Source: a virus (Duplodnaviria; Caudoviricetes). From it: 25,211 bases of DNA. Location of the stretch: positions 1 to 25,211 of IMG/VR virus record IMGVR_UViG_3300038829_000067. One strand, given 5' to 3'. The notes beneath the pieces are model-generated. The model was given only the letters and a program-made list of their open reading frames with translations. It searched no databases and had not been told where the DNA came from. Position numbers and translations under genes: made by a program. Position 1 is the first letter of the stretch. Each line of letters starts with the position of its first letter. Positions 1 through 8,786 of the stretch are shown in pieces.

Positions 1-170
1 CCCCTCGCGCGTGGACCGTCAGGCCTCTCGCATCACGCACCGGCGAGTGGACGGACTGATCGTGCTCAGACCCTGGCTCACACGCGGAGCCCGATCGGCA
101 CGGCCCGCTGCGTGCATGATCGAGAGCGCGTCGAGGCGGGGTGATCCAGGTGGGAATTCAGGGAGACCTT

Positions 171-268
171 GGAGAGGGGGGCCGGGGGGAATAGAGTTGG
201 TGAAGGTGTTGATCAGGTGCCACGCGTCTCGTCTGGGTGAAAAAATGCTGTCTGATAAAAAAATCTGG
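171..268. other. Candidate DNA packaging/terminus signal upstream of the terminase gene
   Basis: G6-CC-G6 (176-189) followed by A6 (240-245) and A7 (257-263) tracts in probable non-coding DNA ~430 bp before terL; strong G skew begins here. Function inferred from position and pattern only. Confidence 0.3.
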
Positions 269-349
269 CCTCAGACAAGAGGGTCGTGCGGGCAGGGGTC
301 TCGCATGGTCAGCGTGTGAGCGGTGAGGGGACGCACCAAGGAGGGCATC

Positions 350-685
350 ATGCGAATGGGACTGATGCGGGGGCTGGTGGTGGGGCGTGTGCGGGTCTGT
401 GGACTGGCAGAGGCGCAGCGTCTCAGTGCGCGGGTGGAGGCGGCGCGGCGTGAGTCGAATCAGGCGGTCGCGGAGGCGTGTCCTGACGCGGGGCGACCGT
501 GGCAGGCGCGAGAGGAGCGGATCCAGGCGTGGGGGAGGGATCTGCAGACGCGACCGTGTCACCAGGCGCCCGCGCAGGCCTGGCAGCCGGTGGCCCCGGT
601 CGGGCCTGGGGAGGGAGTGGGCCGTCGGCGACGGACCTGGGTGACGGTGGGCGGGGGGAGTCCCTGGGTGACGCGCGGTGAGTAA
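350..685 (+). CDS. Hypothetical protein (111 aa), Arg/Gly/Trp-rich
   Basis: ATG at 350 preceded by AAGGAGGG Shine-Dalgarno; stop 6 nt before terL start. No recognisable domain; not clearly a TerS. Confidence 0.55.
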   Translation: MRMGLMRGLVVGRVRVCGLAEAQRLSARVEAARRESNQAVAEACPDAGRPWQAREERIQAWGRDLQTRPCHQAPAQAWQPVAPVGPGEGVGRRRRTWVTVGGGSPWVTRGE

Positions 686-691
686 CGCACG

Positions 692-2299
692 ATGAGCCCC
701 CCCCCGAACGCGCAGACCGAGATGCGGCGGTGGGTGCAGGAGCCGCTGTACTGGGCGAAGAAGGTGAGTGGGGAGGGGTTTGATCCCTGGTCGGGGCAGG
801 TCCAGCTCTGGGAGGCGTATGGGCAGGTGCTCAATGCCAAGTTGAAGCGGTATCAGGGGGCGACGCTGACCGAGGCGGAGCAGGTCCTGGCCGGGAAGAT
901 GGGGATTTCGGTGATGGCGGGGCAGGGGTTGGGGAAGGAACGGACCCTGGCCTTGATGCTGCTGCATTATCTGTTTGTGTTGTCGGTGTATCAGGTGAAA
1001 GGGGTGGTGACGGCCCCGGCCGGTCCGACGTTGTTTTCGACGTTGTGGCCGGAGTTTGAAAAGGTGATTCGCAGCAGTCCGGTCCTCGCCGCGTCGTTTG
1101 AGAAGAATGCGAAGCGGATTTACTTGACGGAGGATGGGGCGAAGGGGAATTTCTGCCGGATTGAACCCCGGACGATTCAAGCGAACAGTTCCTCCGACGA
1201 TCAAGCCGTGACCTTGGCGGGGATTCACGCGCTCGGCGTGTTTTACGGGGTGACGGAAGCCTCGGGCGTCCCGGAAGCGGTGTTTAAGCCGCTCCAAGGC
1301 GGGCTCACCGATCCGCTGTCGCTGATTGTGCTGATTTTCAACCCCACGCGCCGCACGGGCTTTGCCGCCGACAGTCAGGCGGCGCATCGACGGGATTGGG
1401 TCTGTCTCCAGTGGTCAGGGCGCACGCTCAAAGCGGAGAAACAGGCCGAGCCGGGGCGGTTCGGCTGGTTCAATGCGGAGGCGCAAGACATCCTCATTCG
1501 GAAGTTCGGGACGGACTCCGACTTTGTGCGGGTGCGGGTGGACGGACTGCCGCCCCGGCAAGCCTCGGATACGCTCATCGGCTATGAAGACGTGCTGGCG
1601 GCGACGGAGCGCGTGGTCGAGACCCACGACGGCGATCCGGTCGAGATTGCGGTCGATGTGGCGGGCGCCGACGGCGGCGATCAGTCGATTGTCCTGACCT
1701 TACGCGGCCCACGCCTCGTCTCCCTCGTGTCCTGGCAGAACAAAAAGACCTACGAACTGGCCGAATTGGTCGCGTCTCAAGTGAAAACCGAAGTGATGAA
1801 CCTGCCGGCCGGCACCCAAGTCGTCGTGGGCGTCGATAGTATCGGCATGGGGCGCGGGGTGTTTGAGAATTTGGCGGATGTGCAGCGCGTGCCGTCGGTG
1901 TCGGGCGTCGATGTGAGTGAACAGGCGCTGGACCCGACCCGCTTTCATCGCCTGCGCGATCAGCTGTATTGGGAACTCCGTGAAGCCTTTGTCGAAACCC
2001 GCACCATTTCGCTGCGCCTGGTGGATCCGCGTGACCCTGACCGGATCGTGCTCGATGACGAACTGATCGGCCAGCTCACGTCCATCAAATGGGCGGAAGT
2101 GGGGGGCAAAATCAAGATCCAAGGCAAGGGCAGCAGCTCCGGCATCCCCAACTGTCCCCCGCTCGCCACCTCGCCCGATAAAATGGACGCCCTCGCCATC
2201 GCCTGGTTCCTGTACCGCCATCGCTGTTCCCGGATGCCCGCGTCCCAGCGCCGACTCCGGTCCCATCGCGCCCGTCCCGTCTCCTGGCGAGCCCTCTAA
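692..2299 (+). CDS. terL: Terminase large subunit
   Basis: Walker A-like MAGQGLGKE, VTAP motif, Walker B-like YGVTEASGV, coupling motif FNPT, RNase H-like nuclease acidic motifs IAVDVAG, GVDSIGMG and SPDKMDALA; directly upstream of portal. Confidence 0.93.
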   Translation: MSPPPNAQTEMRRWVQEPLYWAKKVSGEGFDPWSGQVQLWEAYGQVLNAKLKRYQGATLTEAEQVLAGKMGISVMAGQGLGKERTLALMLLHYLFVLSVYQVKGVVTAPAGPTLFSTLWPEFEKVIRSSPVLAASFEKNAKRIYLTEDGAKGNFCRIEPRTIQANSSSDDQAVTLAGIHALGVFYGVTEASGVPEAVFKPLQGGLTDPLSLIVLIFNPTRRTGFAADSQAAHRRDWVCLQWSGRTLKAEKQAEPGRFGWFNAEAQDILIRKFGTDSDFVRVRVDGLPPRQASDTLIGYEDVLAATERVVETHDGDPVEIAVDVAGADGGDQSIVLTLRGPRLVSLVSWQNKKTYELAELVASQVKTEVMNLPAGTQVVVGVDSIGMGRGVFENLADVQRVPSVSGVDVSEQALDPTRFHRLRDQLYWELREAFVETRTISLRLVDPRDPDRIVLDDELIGQLTSIKWAEVGGKIKIQGKGSSSGIPNCPPLATSPDKMDALAIAWFLYRHRCSRMPASQRRLRSHRARPVSWRAL

Positions 2300-2319
2300 G
2301 ACACATCACGCGACCAATC

Positions 2320-2393
2320 GGTAACACGGTTCTCCTCTTGTTACCTTTTCGTAACAAATATACTTGACACGTCCTCTCTCGGTAGCGTAGATG
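2320..2393 (+). promoter_or_regulatory. Putative promoter (perfect TTGACA -35) with adjacent palindromic operator-like site
   Basis: TTGACA at 2364-2369; weak -10-like TAGATG at 2388-2393; TTGTTAC-N6-GTAACAA palindrome at 2338-2357; extra GGTAACA half-site at 2320-2326; AT-rich 100-bp intergenic gap. Confidence 0.5.
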
Positions 2394-2400
2394 TTCCGTT

Positions 2401-4527
2401 GTGAATACCTACGGCACGGCGTTTCCGGTCACGACCGGCAGTGACGAGCTGGACTTTCTCCTGACCACGGCCCGCCAAGGGGACGAGCAGGAGAATCTGC
2501 GCCGCCTGCAACGCTTCATGATCGAAGCGATCACGCATCCCGTGCGCCAACGGTACGAAGCGGAATCCTCCCTCAACTACCAATATATCGAAAACGAGTT
2601 TTATACCGACGCGGAACTGGCGGAGTTTGCGCAGCGCGGCCAAGCGCCCACGCAGCGGAACGAAATCGCGCCCATTCTCGAACGCCTCGCGGGCCAATTC
2701 ATTCAAACGCGCCAAGTCGCCACCTTCCTCGGTCGCAATACCCCTGCCGATGACGGACTCTCGACGGTCGCGCAAGACTATCTCCGCTGGTCCGATCAAC
2801 AGAACCACTATGAATTTGAGGAACAAGACCTGGCCTGGGATGGCTTAGTCGGCGGCGTGGGCTGGCTGAAATCCTACATCACCACGAACGAGATGGGCCA
2901 GAAGGTCGAGAAGACCCGCCATCTCAATCCCTATCACGTCTTCAAAGATCCGTATAGCGTGCGCTACGACCCGAACGACGATGCCAAGTATGTGGGCGAA
3001 GGCTCCTGGATGGACCTGGAGGACTTGATCGCGCTCTTTCCTGAGAAGGCCGACGCGATTCGGACCTTTCCCGCGGGGCCGATGGGCCACGGCTGGTACG
3101 GGGCCAGTCAGATTGCGCCGTCCTTACAAAACGAAGCCCTCTCGGCGTCGATCTACTCGCTCTCCTACGCGATCACGCAGGCCCGGAAACGCTGCCGCCC
3201 CTTCGAGGTCTGGTACAAGCGCAAGGTGCGCGTCTATCACCTCTTCCGCCCTGATGGGTTGCTCGCCATCCCGGTCCCGCTCGATTCGGTGCAGGCCCAA
3301 GCGATCGTGAAGGAATTGGGCTCGACGCTGATTGCCAAGCCGACCTTTCAGGACCGGATGTATACCGGCGTGTTCCTGGGCGACCTCCTGATTCATCACG
3401 ATGTCTCCGAGCATTGGACCAACCTGTTTCCCTACACGCCCTTCTATTCGGGCCTGCGCAAAAATGGCGGGCCGTTGCCGCTCTCCAGCCGCCTCGTGCC
3501 GATCAATGACGCGATCAATAAGCGGGAGAGTAAAGCCCTCTCGTTGATGACGAATAACAAGATCGTCTATGAAAAGAGCGCGATCGAGGACGTGGACGCG
3601 GCGCAAGAAGAGAACGCCCGACCCGATGGGGCGGTCGAGGTGCGGGACGGGGCGCTCTCCCAAGGGAAGGTGGTGTTTCAACAGAACTTGGAAATGGGGC
3701 AGGCGCAGATGCTCCTGCTCCAAGAAGATAAAGACGCGATCCGGCGCGTGTCGGGGCAAGGGAACGAAGCGATGGGGATGCCGTCGGAAGTCCGGTCCGG
3801 CACCGGCATTGCCCGGAAGCAGATGATGAGCAATCTCATCGTGACGCCCGTCCAAAACAATCTGCGCCGGACGCGCCTGATGAAGGCCCGACTCTCGTTT
3901 GCCTATATGAAGCAGTACTTGACGGAAGAAATGACGTTCCAGATTACCGATGATCCCCGCGCCGTGCAGACGGTGCAGATCACGCAGGGGCATCTGTATG
4001 CGTTGAAGAATTATACCTACGATCTCGTCATTACGGAGATGAAGGACTATGCGGTCTTGCGCGAACAGCAAGCGGAAATGCTGCTGACCGTGCTCCCGCA
4101 GCTCGCCGCGCTCGGTCCTGGCATGGTGAAGCTCGGCATTCAAATGACGGAGTTCCGCGACAAGGAGCAGCTCATGGCGATGGTGGATCAGGCCTCGCAG
4201 AAAGGCCCAGAGCCGCCAAAGATGAGCCTGGCCATGACATGGGCAGACCTGACGCCGGAGATGCAAGCGTACTACGCGCTCACGGCGCTCCAAAGCCCCG
4301 AACTCGCGCAAGCGATTATGCAGAAAGGGGCCGACCCGGCCTATCTGGCGAAACTCAAAGCCGAAGTGGCGCAAACCCATGTGCGAGAAGGCACGCGCGC
4401 CCAAATGGAACGCGGACGGATTGATTTTGACGCCATGGCGACCGCGATGGAGGGACGCCTCATGGCTGCGAAGCTGTTACAACCCTCAACCCCTGTGCCT
4501 CCCGCACAGGAAGGAGCCCCTGTATGA
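2401..4527 (+). CDS. Portal protein (P22-like, podovirus type)
   Basis: 708 aa after terL; motifs RGQAPTQRNEIAPILERLAG, DGLVGGVGW, DPYSVRYDPNDDAKY, FPYTPF, INKRESKAL, SGTGIARKQ and a helical C-terminal barrel region typical of P22-like portals. GTG start uncertain. Confidence 0.9.
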   Translation: MNTYGTAFPVTTGSDELDFLLTTARQGDEQENLRRLQRFMIEAITHPVRQRYEAESSLNYQYIENEFYTDAELAEFAQRGQAPTQRNEIAPILERLAGQFIQTRQVATFLGRNTPADDGLSTVAQDYLRWSDQQNHYEFEEQDLAWDGLVGGVGWLKSYITTNEMGQKVEKTRHLNPYHVFKDPYSVRYDPNDDAKYVGEGSWMDLEDLIALFPEKADAIRTFPAGPMGHGWYGASQIAPSLQNEALSASIYSLSYAITQARKRCRPFEVWYKRKVRVYHLFRPDGLLAIPVPLDSVQAQAIVKELGSTLIAKPTFQDRMYTGVFLGDLLIHHDVSEHWTNLFPYTPFYSGLRKNGGPLPLSSRLVPINDAINKRESKALSLMTNNKIVYEKSAIEDVDAAQEENARPDGAVEVRDGALSQGKVVFQQNLEMGQAQMLLLQEDKDAIRRVSGQGNEAMGMPSEVRSGTGIARKQMMSNLIVTPVQNNLRRTRLMKARLSFAYMKQYLTEEMTFQITDDPRAVQTVQITQGHLYALKNYTYDLVITEMKDYAVLREQQAEMLLTVLPQLAALGPGMVKLGIQMTEFRDKEQLMAMVDQASQKGPEPPKMSLAMTWADLTPEMQAYYALTALQSPELAQAIMQKGADPAYLAKLKAEVAQTHVREGTRAQMERGRIDFDAMATAMEGRLMAAKLLQPSTPVPPAQEGAPV

Positions 4528-5333
4528 GTACGGCAACCATTCCCGCTGGAACGCCTCCCGTGACGCCCATCGCCGCCGATCTGACCTCGATCTTCTATGG
4601 CGCGGACACGACTCAGGCGACTCCGGCACCTGTTCAGCCCCCGGTGGTGTCAGACCCAGGAACTCCCGCCACGCCCCAGGCGTCTGCGGTCTCCCCTGAC
4701 ACGACGAAACCCGTTGAGTCTCCCGTGGGCACGGAGACGAAAGAGAAGCCTGCCGACGACAAAGGCCACGTCGCGGCGGCCCGACGATTGGGGCAGGAAG
4801 TGGCCAGTCTGAAGCAGGAGACCGCTCGCCTCGCGGAAGAGAACCGGATTCTCAAAGCGAAAGCGGACGGCACGTATGAAGAGCCCCAGGCCCCCACGTC
4901 AGAGCAGGTCGAAGCCCGTGCAGAGTTTCGCGGGCGTGAAACGGCCAGCCGTGCGGTGGCTGACGGACTCTTTGGTGCGGAGGTTGTGAAGACCCGTATC
5001 TACGATGAAGGGTCGGAGTATCAGCAGCTCATTACGGAGCAGCCGTGGCTGCATGCCCGTGTGGTGAAAGCGGCGCAACCAGCCGTCGAAGCAATGCGGG
5101 TGTTGAATGAACAGGCGTTTCTGGCCCAGTACGGTACCGATGCCACCCAATGGGTGAGCAAAATCGAAGCCGAGCTGACGCCGAAACTGTTAGAGAAATT
5201 CAAAACACAGGCGGCGACTCCGATGACAGGACACGCCGCGCCCACCGTGACGGAAGCACGGGGCGCAGGCGGGTCGGCACGGGAACGCTCATTGGAAGAG
5301 ACGTTCTACGGGAAGACACGCGCTGCCTCATGA
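4524..5333 (+). CDS. Putative capsid scaffolding protein
   Basis: Between portal and capsid; Pro/Thr-rich disordered N-terminus, coiled coil, C-terminal SLEETFYG; GGAG SD and ATGA overlap with portal. Confidence 0.75.
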   Translation: MSTATIPAGTPPVTPIAADLTSIFYGADTTQATPAPVQPPVVSDPGTPATPQASAVSPDTTKPVESPVGTETKEKPADDKGHVAAARRLGQEVASLKQETARLAEENRILKAKADGTYEEPQAPTSEQVEARAEFRGRETASRAVADGLFGAEVVKTRIYDEGSEYQQLITEQPWLHARVVKAAQPAVEAMRVLNEQAFLAQYGTDATQWVSKIEAELTPKLLEKFKTQAATPMTGHAAPTVTEARGAGGSARERSLEETFYGKTRAAS

Positions 5334-5344
5334 AAGGATAGACC

Positions 5345-6352
5345 ATGGCGACGATAGGCACCACCACGCTCAGTCTGAACGATTGGGCCAAACGCATCGA
5401 TCCGAACGGCAAGACCCCGATGATTGCCGAACTGTTGTCTCAGCACAACGAAATCCTCACCGATATGCAATGGCTCGAAGGCAATTTGCCCACTGGCCAT
5501 CGCACGACCGTTCGCACCGGACTGCCCACGGTGGCCTGGCGGTTATTGAACGGCGGCGTCGCCACCAGCAAGTCCACGACCGCGCAGCTCGATGAGCAAT
5601 GCGGGATGTTGGAAGCCTGGAGCGAAGTCGATCGAGACTTGGCAGAACTCAATGGGAACGTGAGTGCGTTTCGGTTGTCGGAAGCCTCGGCCTTTATCGA
5701 GGCGATGAACCAGGAAATGGCGCAGACGTTGTTCTACGGGAACAGCGGGACCGCGCCGGAGGAGTTTACAGGGCTCGCGCCACGGTACAGCGCCATTGCC
5801 GGGGCCAATAACGGCTCACATGTGCTCACCGGCTCTGGGGCAGGGTCGGACAACAGCTCCGTCTGGCTCGTGGTCTGGGGACCGCAGACCGTCCACGGCA
5901 TCTATCCCAAGGGCAGCACGGCGGGACTGATGCACGAGGATCTCGGCCTCTCCGTCATTGAAAGTGCGAACGGGATCGGCACGGGCACGCGCATGCGGGC
6001 GTATCGGGACCACTGGCAGTGGAAGTGCGGGATTGCGCTCCGCGATTGGCGCTATGCCGTGCGGATCTGCAACATCGACATTTCTAACCTCGTGGCGAAG
6101 AGTTCGGCGGCAGACTTGATCGAATTGATGATTAAGGCCATTCACCGGATTCCCGCGCTCACGATGGGCAAACCCGTGTTCTACATGAATCGCACCGTGT
6201 TCCAAATGCTGGATATTCAGCGCCGGGACGATGTGATTACGGGCGGCGGGTTGACCTATGCCGATGTGGACGGGGTGAGTACCGCGCTATTCCGTGGGAT
6301 TCCCGTGCGGAAGTGCGATGCCCTGTTGGAGACGGAGAGCACTATAAGTTGA
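5345..6352 (+). CDS. Major capsid protein, Bordetella phage BPP-1 Bbp17-like
   Basis: 335 aa; LSLNDWAKRIDPNG, EGNLPTGHRTTVRTGLP, LEAWSEVDRDLA, FIEAMNQ, GIYPKGSTAGL, LRDWRYAVRICNID, FRGIPVRKCDALLETE are characteristic of this HK97-fold family. Confidence 0.93.
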   Translation: MATIGTTTLSLNDWAKRIDPNGKTPMIAELLSQHNEILTDMQWLEGNLPTGHRTTVRTGLPTVAWRLLNGGVATSKSTTAQLDEQCGMLEAWSEVDRDLAELNGNVSAFRLSEASAFIEAMNQEMAQTLFYGNSGTAPEEFTGLAPRYSAIAGANNGSHVLTGSGAGSDNSSVWLVVWGPQTVHGIYPKGSTAGLMHEDLGLSVIESANGIGTGTRMRAYRDHWQWKCGIALRDWRYAVRICNIDISNLVAKSSAADLIELMIKAIHRIPALTMGKPVFYMNRTVFQMLDIQRRDDVITGGGLTYADVDGVSTALFRGIPVRKCDALLETESTIS

Positions 6353-6417
6353 TTCGCTATACTAACGAACTCTAAGTCCTGCATGGACTGGCAACTCATA
6401 ACGAAAGGACGACCATT

Positions 6418-6894
6418 ATGTTTCTGGATGTACAAACACAATTCTCGGATGCGCAGGCCGTGACCGTCGATGCCGTGGGCACGAACGTCATTGATCTGTT
6501 GCAGGATCGGGCCATTGGCGAAGGCGAACCGATGGCGGTGTATTTCCAAGTGGATGTAGCGGCGGACCGAACCACGGGCGACGAAGATTATACCTTCGAC
6601 GTGGAGTTTGCCTCGGATGCCGCGCAGACCACGGCCCGCAAGCTGATTGGGCGGCGAATCTTTGAGTCAGGGACGCCCACGGCCCCGGCGGAAGATGCCA
6701 ACCTCTTGGTGGCGGGGTTTATCTTCGCCATTCCGGTTCCTCCAACGACCACGAGCGAAAGCGAGCGGTTCTTGGGGATTCGGTACGATGTGACCGGCAC
6801 CACGCCGACCATCACCGTGACCGCGTGGCTTGCGCCACGGTCGATGGGCGAAGTGGGCAAGACCAGCTACGCCAAGGGCTATGTTATCAGCTGA
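6418..6894 (+). CDS. Capsid cement/decoration protein, Bbp16-like
   Basis: N-terminus MFLDVQTQFSDAQAVT..STNVIDL-like, RFLGIRYDVTG, position directly after Bbp17-like MCP; AAAGGA SD. Confidence 0.82.
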   Translation: MFLDVQTQFSDAQAVTVDAVGTNVIDLLQDRAIGEGEPMAVYFQVDVAADRTTGDEDYTFDVEFASDAAQTTARKLIGRRIFESGTPTAPAEDANLLVAGFIFAIPVPPTTTSESERFLGIRYDVTGTTPTITVTAWLAPRSMGEVGKTSYAKGYVIS

Positions 6895-6906
6895 GAGTGA
6901 TTAGCA

Positions 6907-6945
6907 GGATGGTGGCGTGGTGAGCGCGCTCGCCACGTCCCATCC
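6907..6945 (+). terminator. GC-rich stem-loop after capsid/cement genes (weak terminator or mRNA stabiliser)
   Basis: GGATGG-T-GGCGTGGTGAG / CTCGCCACGTC-CCATCC pair with two G:U and one bulge; followed only by CAATTT, so no strong U tract. Confidence 0.5.
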
Positions 6946-6984
6946 CAATTTACGAATGGGGACGAACAGAGGAAGGATGAGACT

Positions 6985-7278
6985 ATGGCATTAACCCCAA
7001 AAGTAACAATGGTGCCGGTGCAACGGCAAGCCTATACGCAAACATACAGCACGGCGACCAGGACACATGCCACTCCCACCGCAGCGGCCCTCACCGTCAC
7101 TGACGGCGTTGGCACGAACGACGGGACCATTGGGGCCATTACGGGCGATGCGTCCGTGATTGCGGCGGTACAGGAATTGGCGGCGCAGATCAACAAGTTG
7201 GTCACCGATTTAGCCAATACGAAACAGGTGCTCAATAATGTGATCGACGATCTCCAGGCCATGGGTACGATGCAATAA
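6985..7278 (+). CDS. Putative head fibre/decoration protein
   Basis: 97 aa; C-terminal heptad helix ending LNNVIDDLQAMGTM resembles short trimeric head-fibre proteins; GAGGAAGGA SD. Confidence 0.55.
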   Translation: MALTPKVTMVPVQRQAYTQTYSTATRTHATPTAAALTVTDGVGTNDGTIGAITGDASVIAAVQELAAQINKLVTDLANTKQVLNNVIDDLQAMGTMQ

Positions 7279-7320
7279 TAGGAAGCTGTCGCAACTACTG
7301 ATTTACACCGAGGAGGCTTT

Positions 7321-7587
7321 ATGGGCGTCTTAGTCCGTGCGAAAACACCGAACGGCAAAGTCTTTGGCAGCGACGAGCGCAAGGCGGTGGGCTATTACGA
7401 TCTCAAGCGGCGCTACGACGGCGACGAATTTGAGTTGAGCCAGGAGCAGCATTTCTCCGAGACCTGGATGGAACGGATTGGTCCCATCATCGAGCATGAC
7501 CCCGTAGTTTTGGCCGCAAAGGCGGTGAAGCAGGACCTGGGCCGGGCGCATATGCAGACGATGAAAGCGGTCATAGGTGGCGACTAA
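7321..7587 (+). CDS. Hypothetical phage protein (88 aa)
   Basis: GAGGAGG SD; GYYDLKRRYDGDEF..FSETWME pattern seen in small post-capsid genes. Confidence 0.7.
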   Translation: MGVLVRAKTPNGKVFGSDERKAVGYYDLKRRYDGDEFELSQEQHFSETWMERIGPIIEHDPVVLAAKAVKQDLGRAHMQTMKAVIGGD

Positions 7588-7601
7588 GAGGAGGGGACAT
7601 C

Positions 7602-8060
7602 ATGGCGAGTGTGGTTGAGACGTTAGCACAAGAATTGGAGCGCCTGCTGCCGCTCGCCAAGGCGCTGGCCGAGGTCGAGAAGCGTGAAGCCGTGGCGCAA
7701 CGGGCCTGTCGTGATGCCGAAGCGAAACGGGAGCGTGTTGAGAAGGCGGCGGTGGACGCGCAACGTTCTGCGACAGAGGCGATTACGCAGGCACAGATCG
7801 ACGTGCAGGAGAAAACGATGGCGTTCAAAGCGGAGCTGGTCACACGCCATGCGGAACTCTCAAGAGACTATGAGGCGCTCAAGGCGGAGAGCAAGGCGGC
7901 GCGATTCCGCGAGCAGGAGGACGTGCGAAGCCATAAGGAGACGCTTCGAGATATTCAGTCAGCGATTGGACGAGCACGGACAGAATTCACTGACATACAG
8001 AGTCGTCTCGCACAGGCAAAAGAGGCCTATGCGAAGGCGTTGACTGGCGTGACGGTCTAG
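7602..8060 (+). CDS. Coiled-coil hypothetical protein (152 aa)
   Basis: GAGGAGG SD; almost entirely helical A/E/R/K heptad sequence. Confidence 0.75.
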   Translation: MASVVETLAQELERLLPLAKALAEVEKREAVAQRACRDAEAKRERVEKAAVDAQRSATEAITQAQIDVQEKTMAFKAELVTRHAELSRDYEALKAESKAARFREQEDVRSHKETLRDIQSAIGRARTEFTDIQSRLAQAKEAYAKALTGVTV

Positions 8061-8106
8061 GCGCGCATCGGTTCGTAGTCTCACCATGTAAACGCAGGAG
8101 TTCGCA

Positions 8107-8571
8107 ATGGCCAACCTTACCTTCAACATCGCCCACGGGCAAGTGAAACAGTATTTCATCAATGTCGATACGGGTGCACCGGCCAACTCGCGCATCATCG
8201 TGGTGCCGATTGAAACGACGGGCCTCGAAGCCGACGCGACGATCAGAGACCATAACGATCTCTCCGCCTTGCTGGCTGGCACGTCGAATGAACAAACGAC
8301 GATGGGGCGCAAGACCGTGGCCGCAGCGGATATCACGGTGACGGTGGATGACACGAACGAACGGCTTGATATCGATATCGCGGATATCATCTGGACTGCC
8401 GCCACCGGGAATGCGATCAGCGCCCTGGTATTCTGTTATGACCCTGACAATACGGTGGGGACGGATGCGGACCTGATTCCGCTGCTGAAGGCAGACTTTG
8501 TCGTGACCCCTGATGGAAGTGATATTCAGGCGACGATCAACGCCGCTGGACTCTTTCGGGCGAGCAACTAA
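8107..8571 (+). CDS. Putative virion structural/adaptor protein (154 aa, beta-rich)
   Basis: CAGGAG SD; DDTNERLDIDIADIIWT...LIPLL..DFVVTPDGSDI pattern of a widespread phage structural family. Confidence 0.65.
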   Translation: MANLTFNIAHGQVKQYFINVDTGAPANSRIIVVPIETTGLEADATIRDHNDLSALLAGTSNEQTTMGRKTVAAADITVTVDDTNERLDIDIADIIWTAATGNAISALVFCYDPDNTVGTDADLIPLLKADFVVTPDGSDIQATINAAGLFRASN

Positions 8572-8786
8572 TGCCGGTCCCGAACGCGGTGAGAAAAGAG
8601 CTCAACGCCTTGCTCGATGTCGCCTGGGACGACTGGGTGAGTGGGAAGGCCGTGTCCGTATCGGCACGAGTGGATGACGGGCGGGAGGACAAGGTGAACG
8701 CGCTCCTCGCCTTACGAAAGATTCGGCTCAGCACCACGCCTGATGGTGACACCTTGCGCCTTGAACTGGTTCGACCCAAACGCTGA
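8571..8786 (+). CDS. Hypothetical protein (71 aa), possible assembly chaperone
   Basis: Translationally coupled on both sides (TAATG and TGATG overlaps). Confidence 0.65.
   Translation: MPVPNAVRKELNALLDVAWDDWVSGKAVSVSARVDDGREDKVNALLALRKIRLSTTPDGDTLRLELVRPKR

Noticed and set aside
11-319. 102-aa ORF as terminase small subunit
   Set aside because: No SD visible, no helix-turn-helix or TerS-like helical pattern, and it runs through homopolymer tracts that look non-coding.
158-1387. 409-aa minus-strand ORF
   Set aside because: Antisense shadow of terL; its Pro/Arg/His-rich composition follows from the G-skewed plus strand.
3124-4404. 426-aa minus-strand ORF, and similar ones at 13427-14188 and 16292-17095
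   Set aside because: Antisense to well-supported structural genes; expected in high-GC coding DNA; no motifs.
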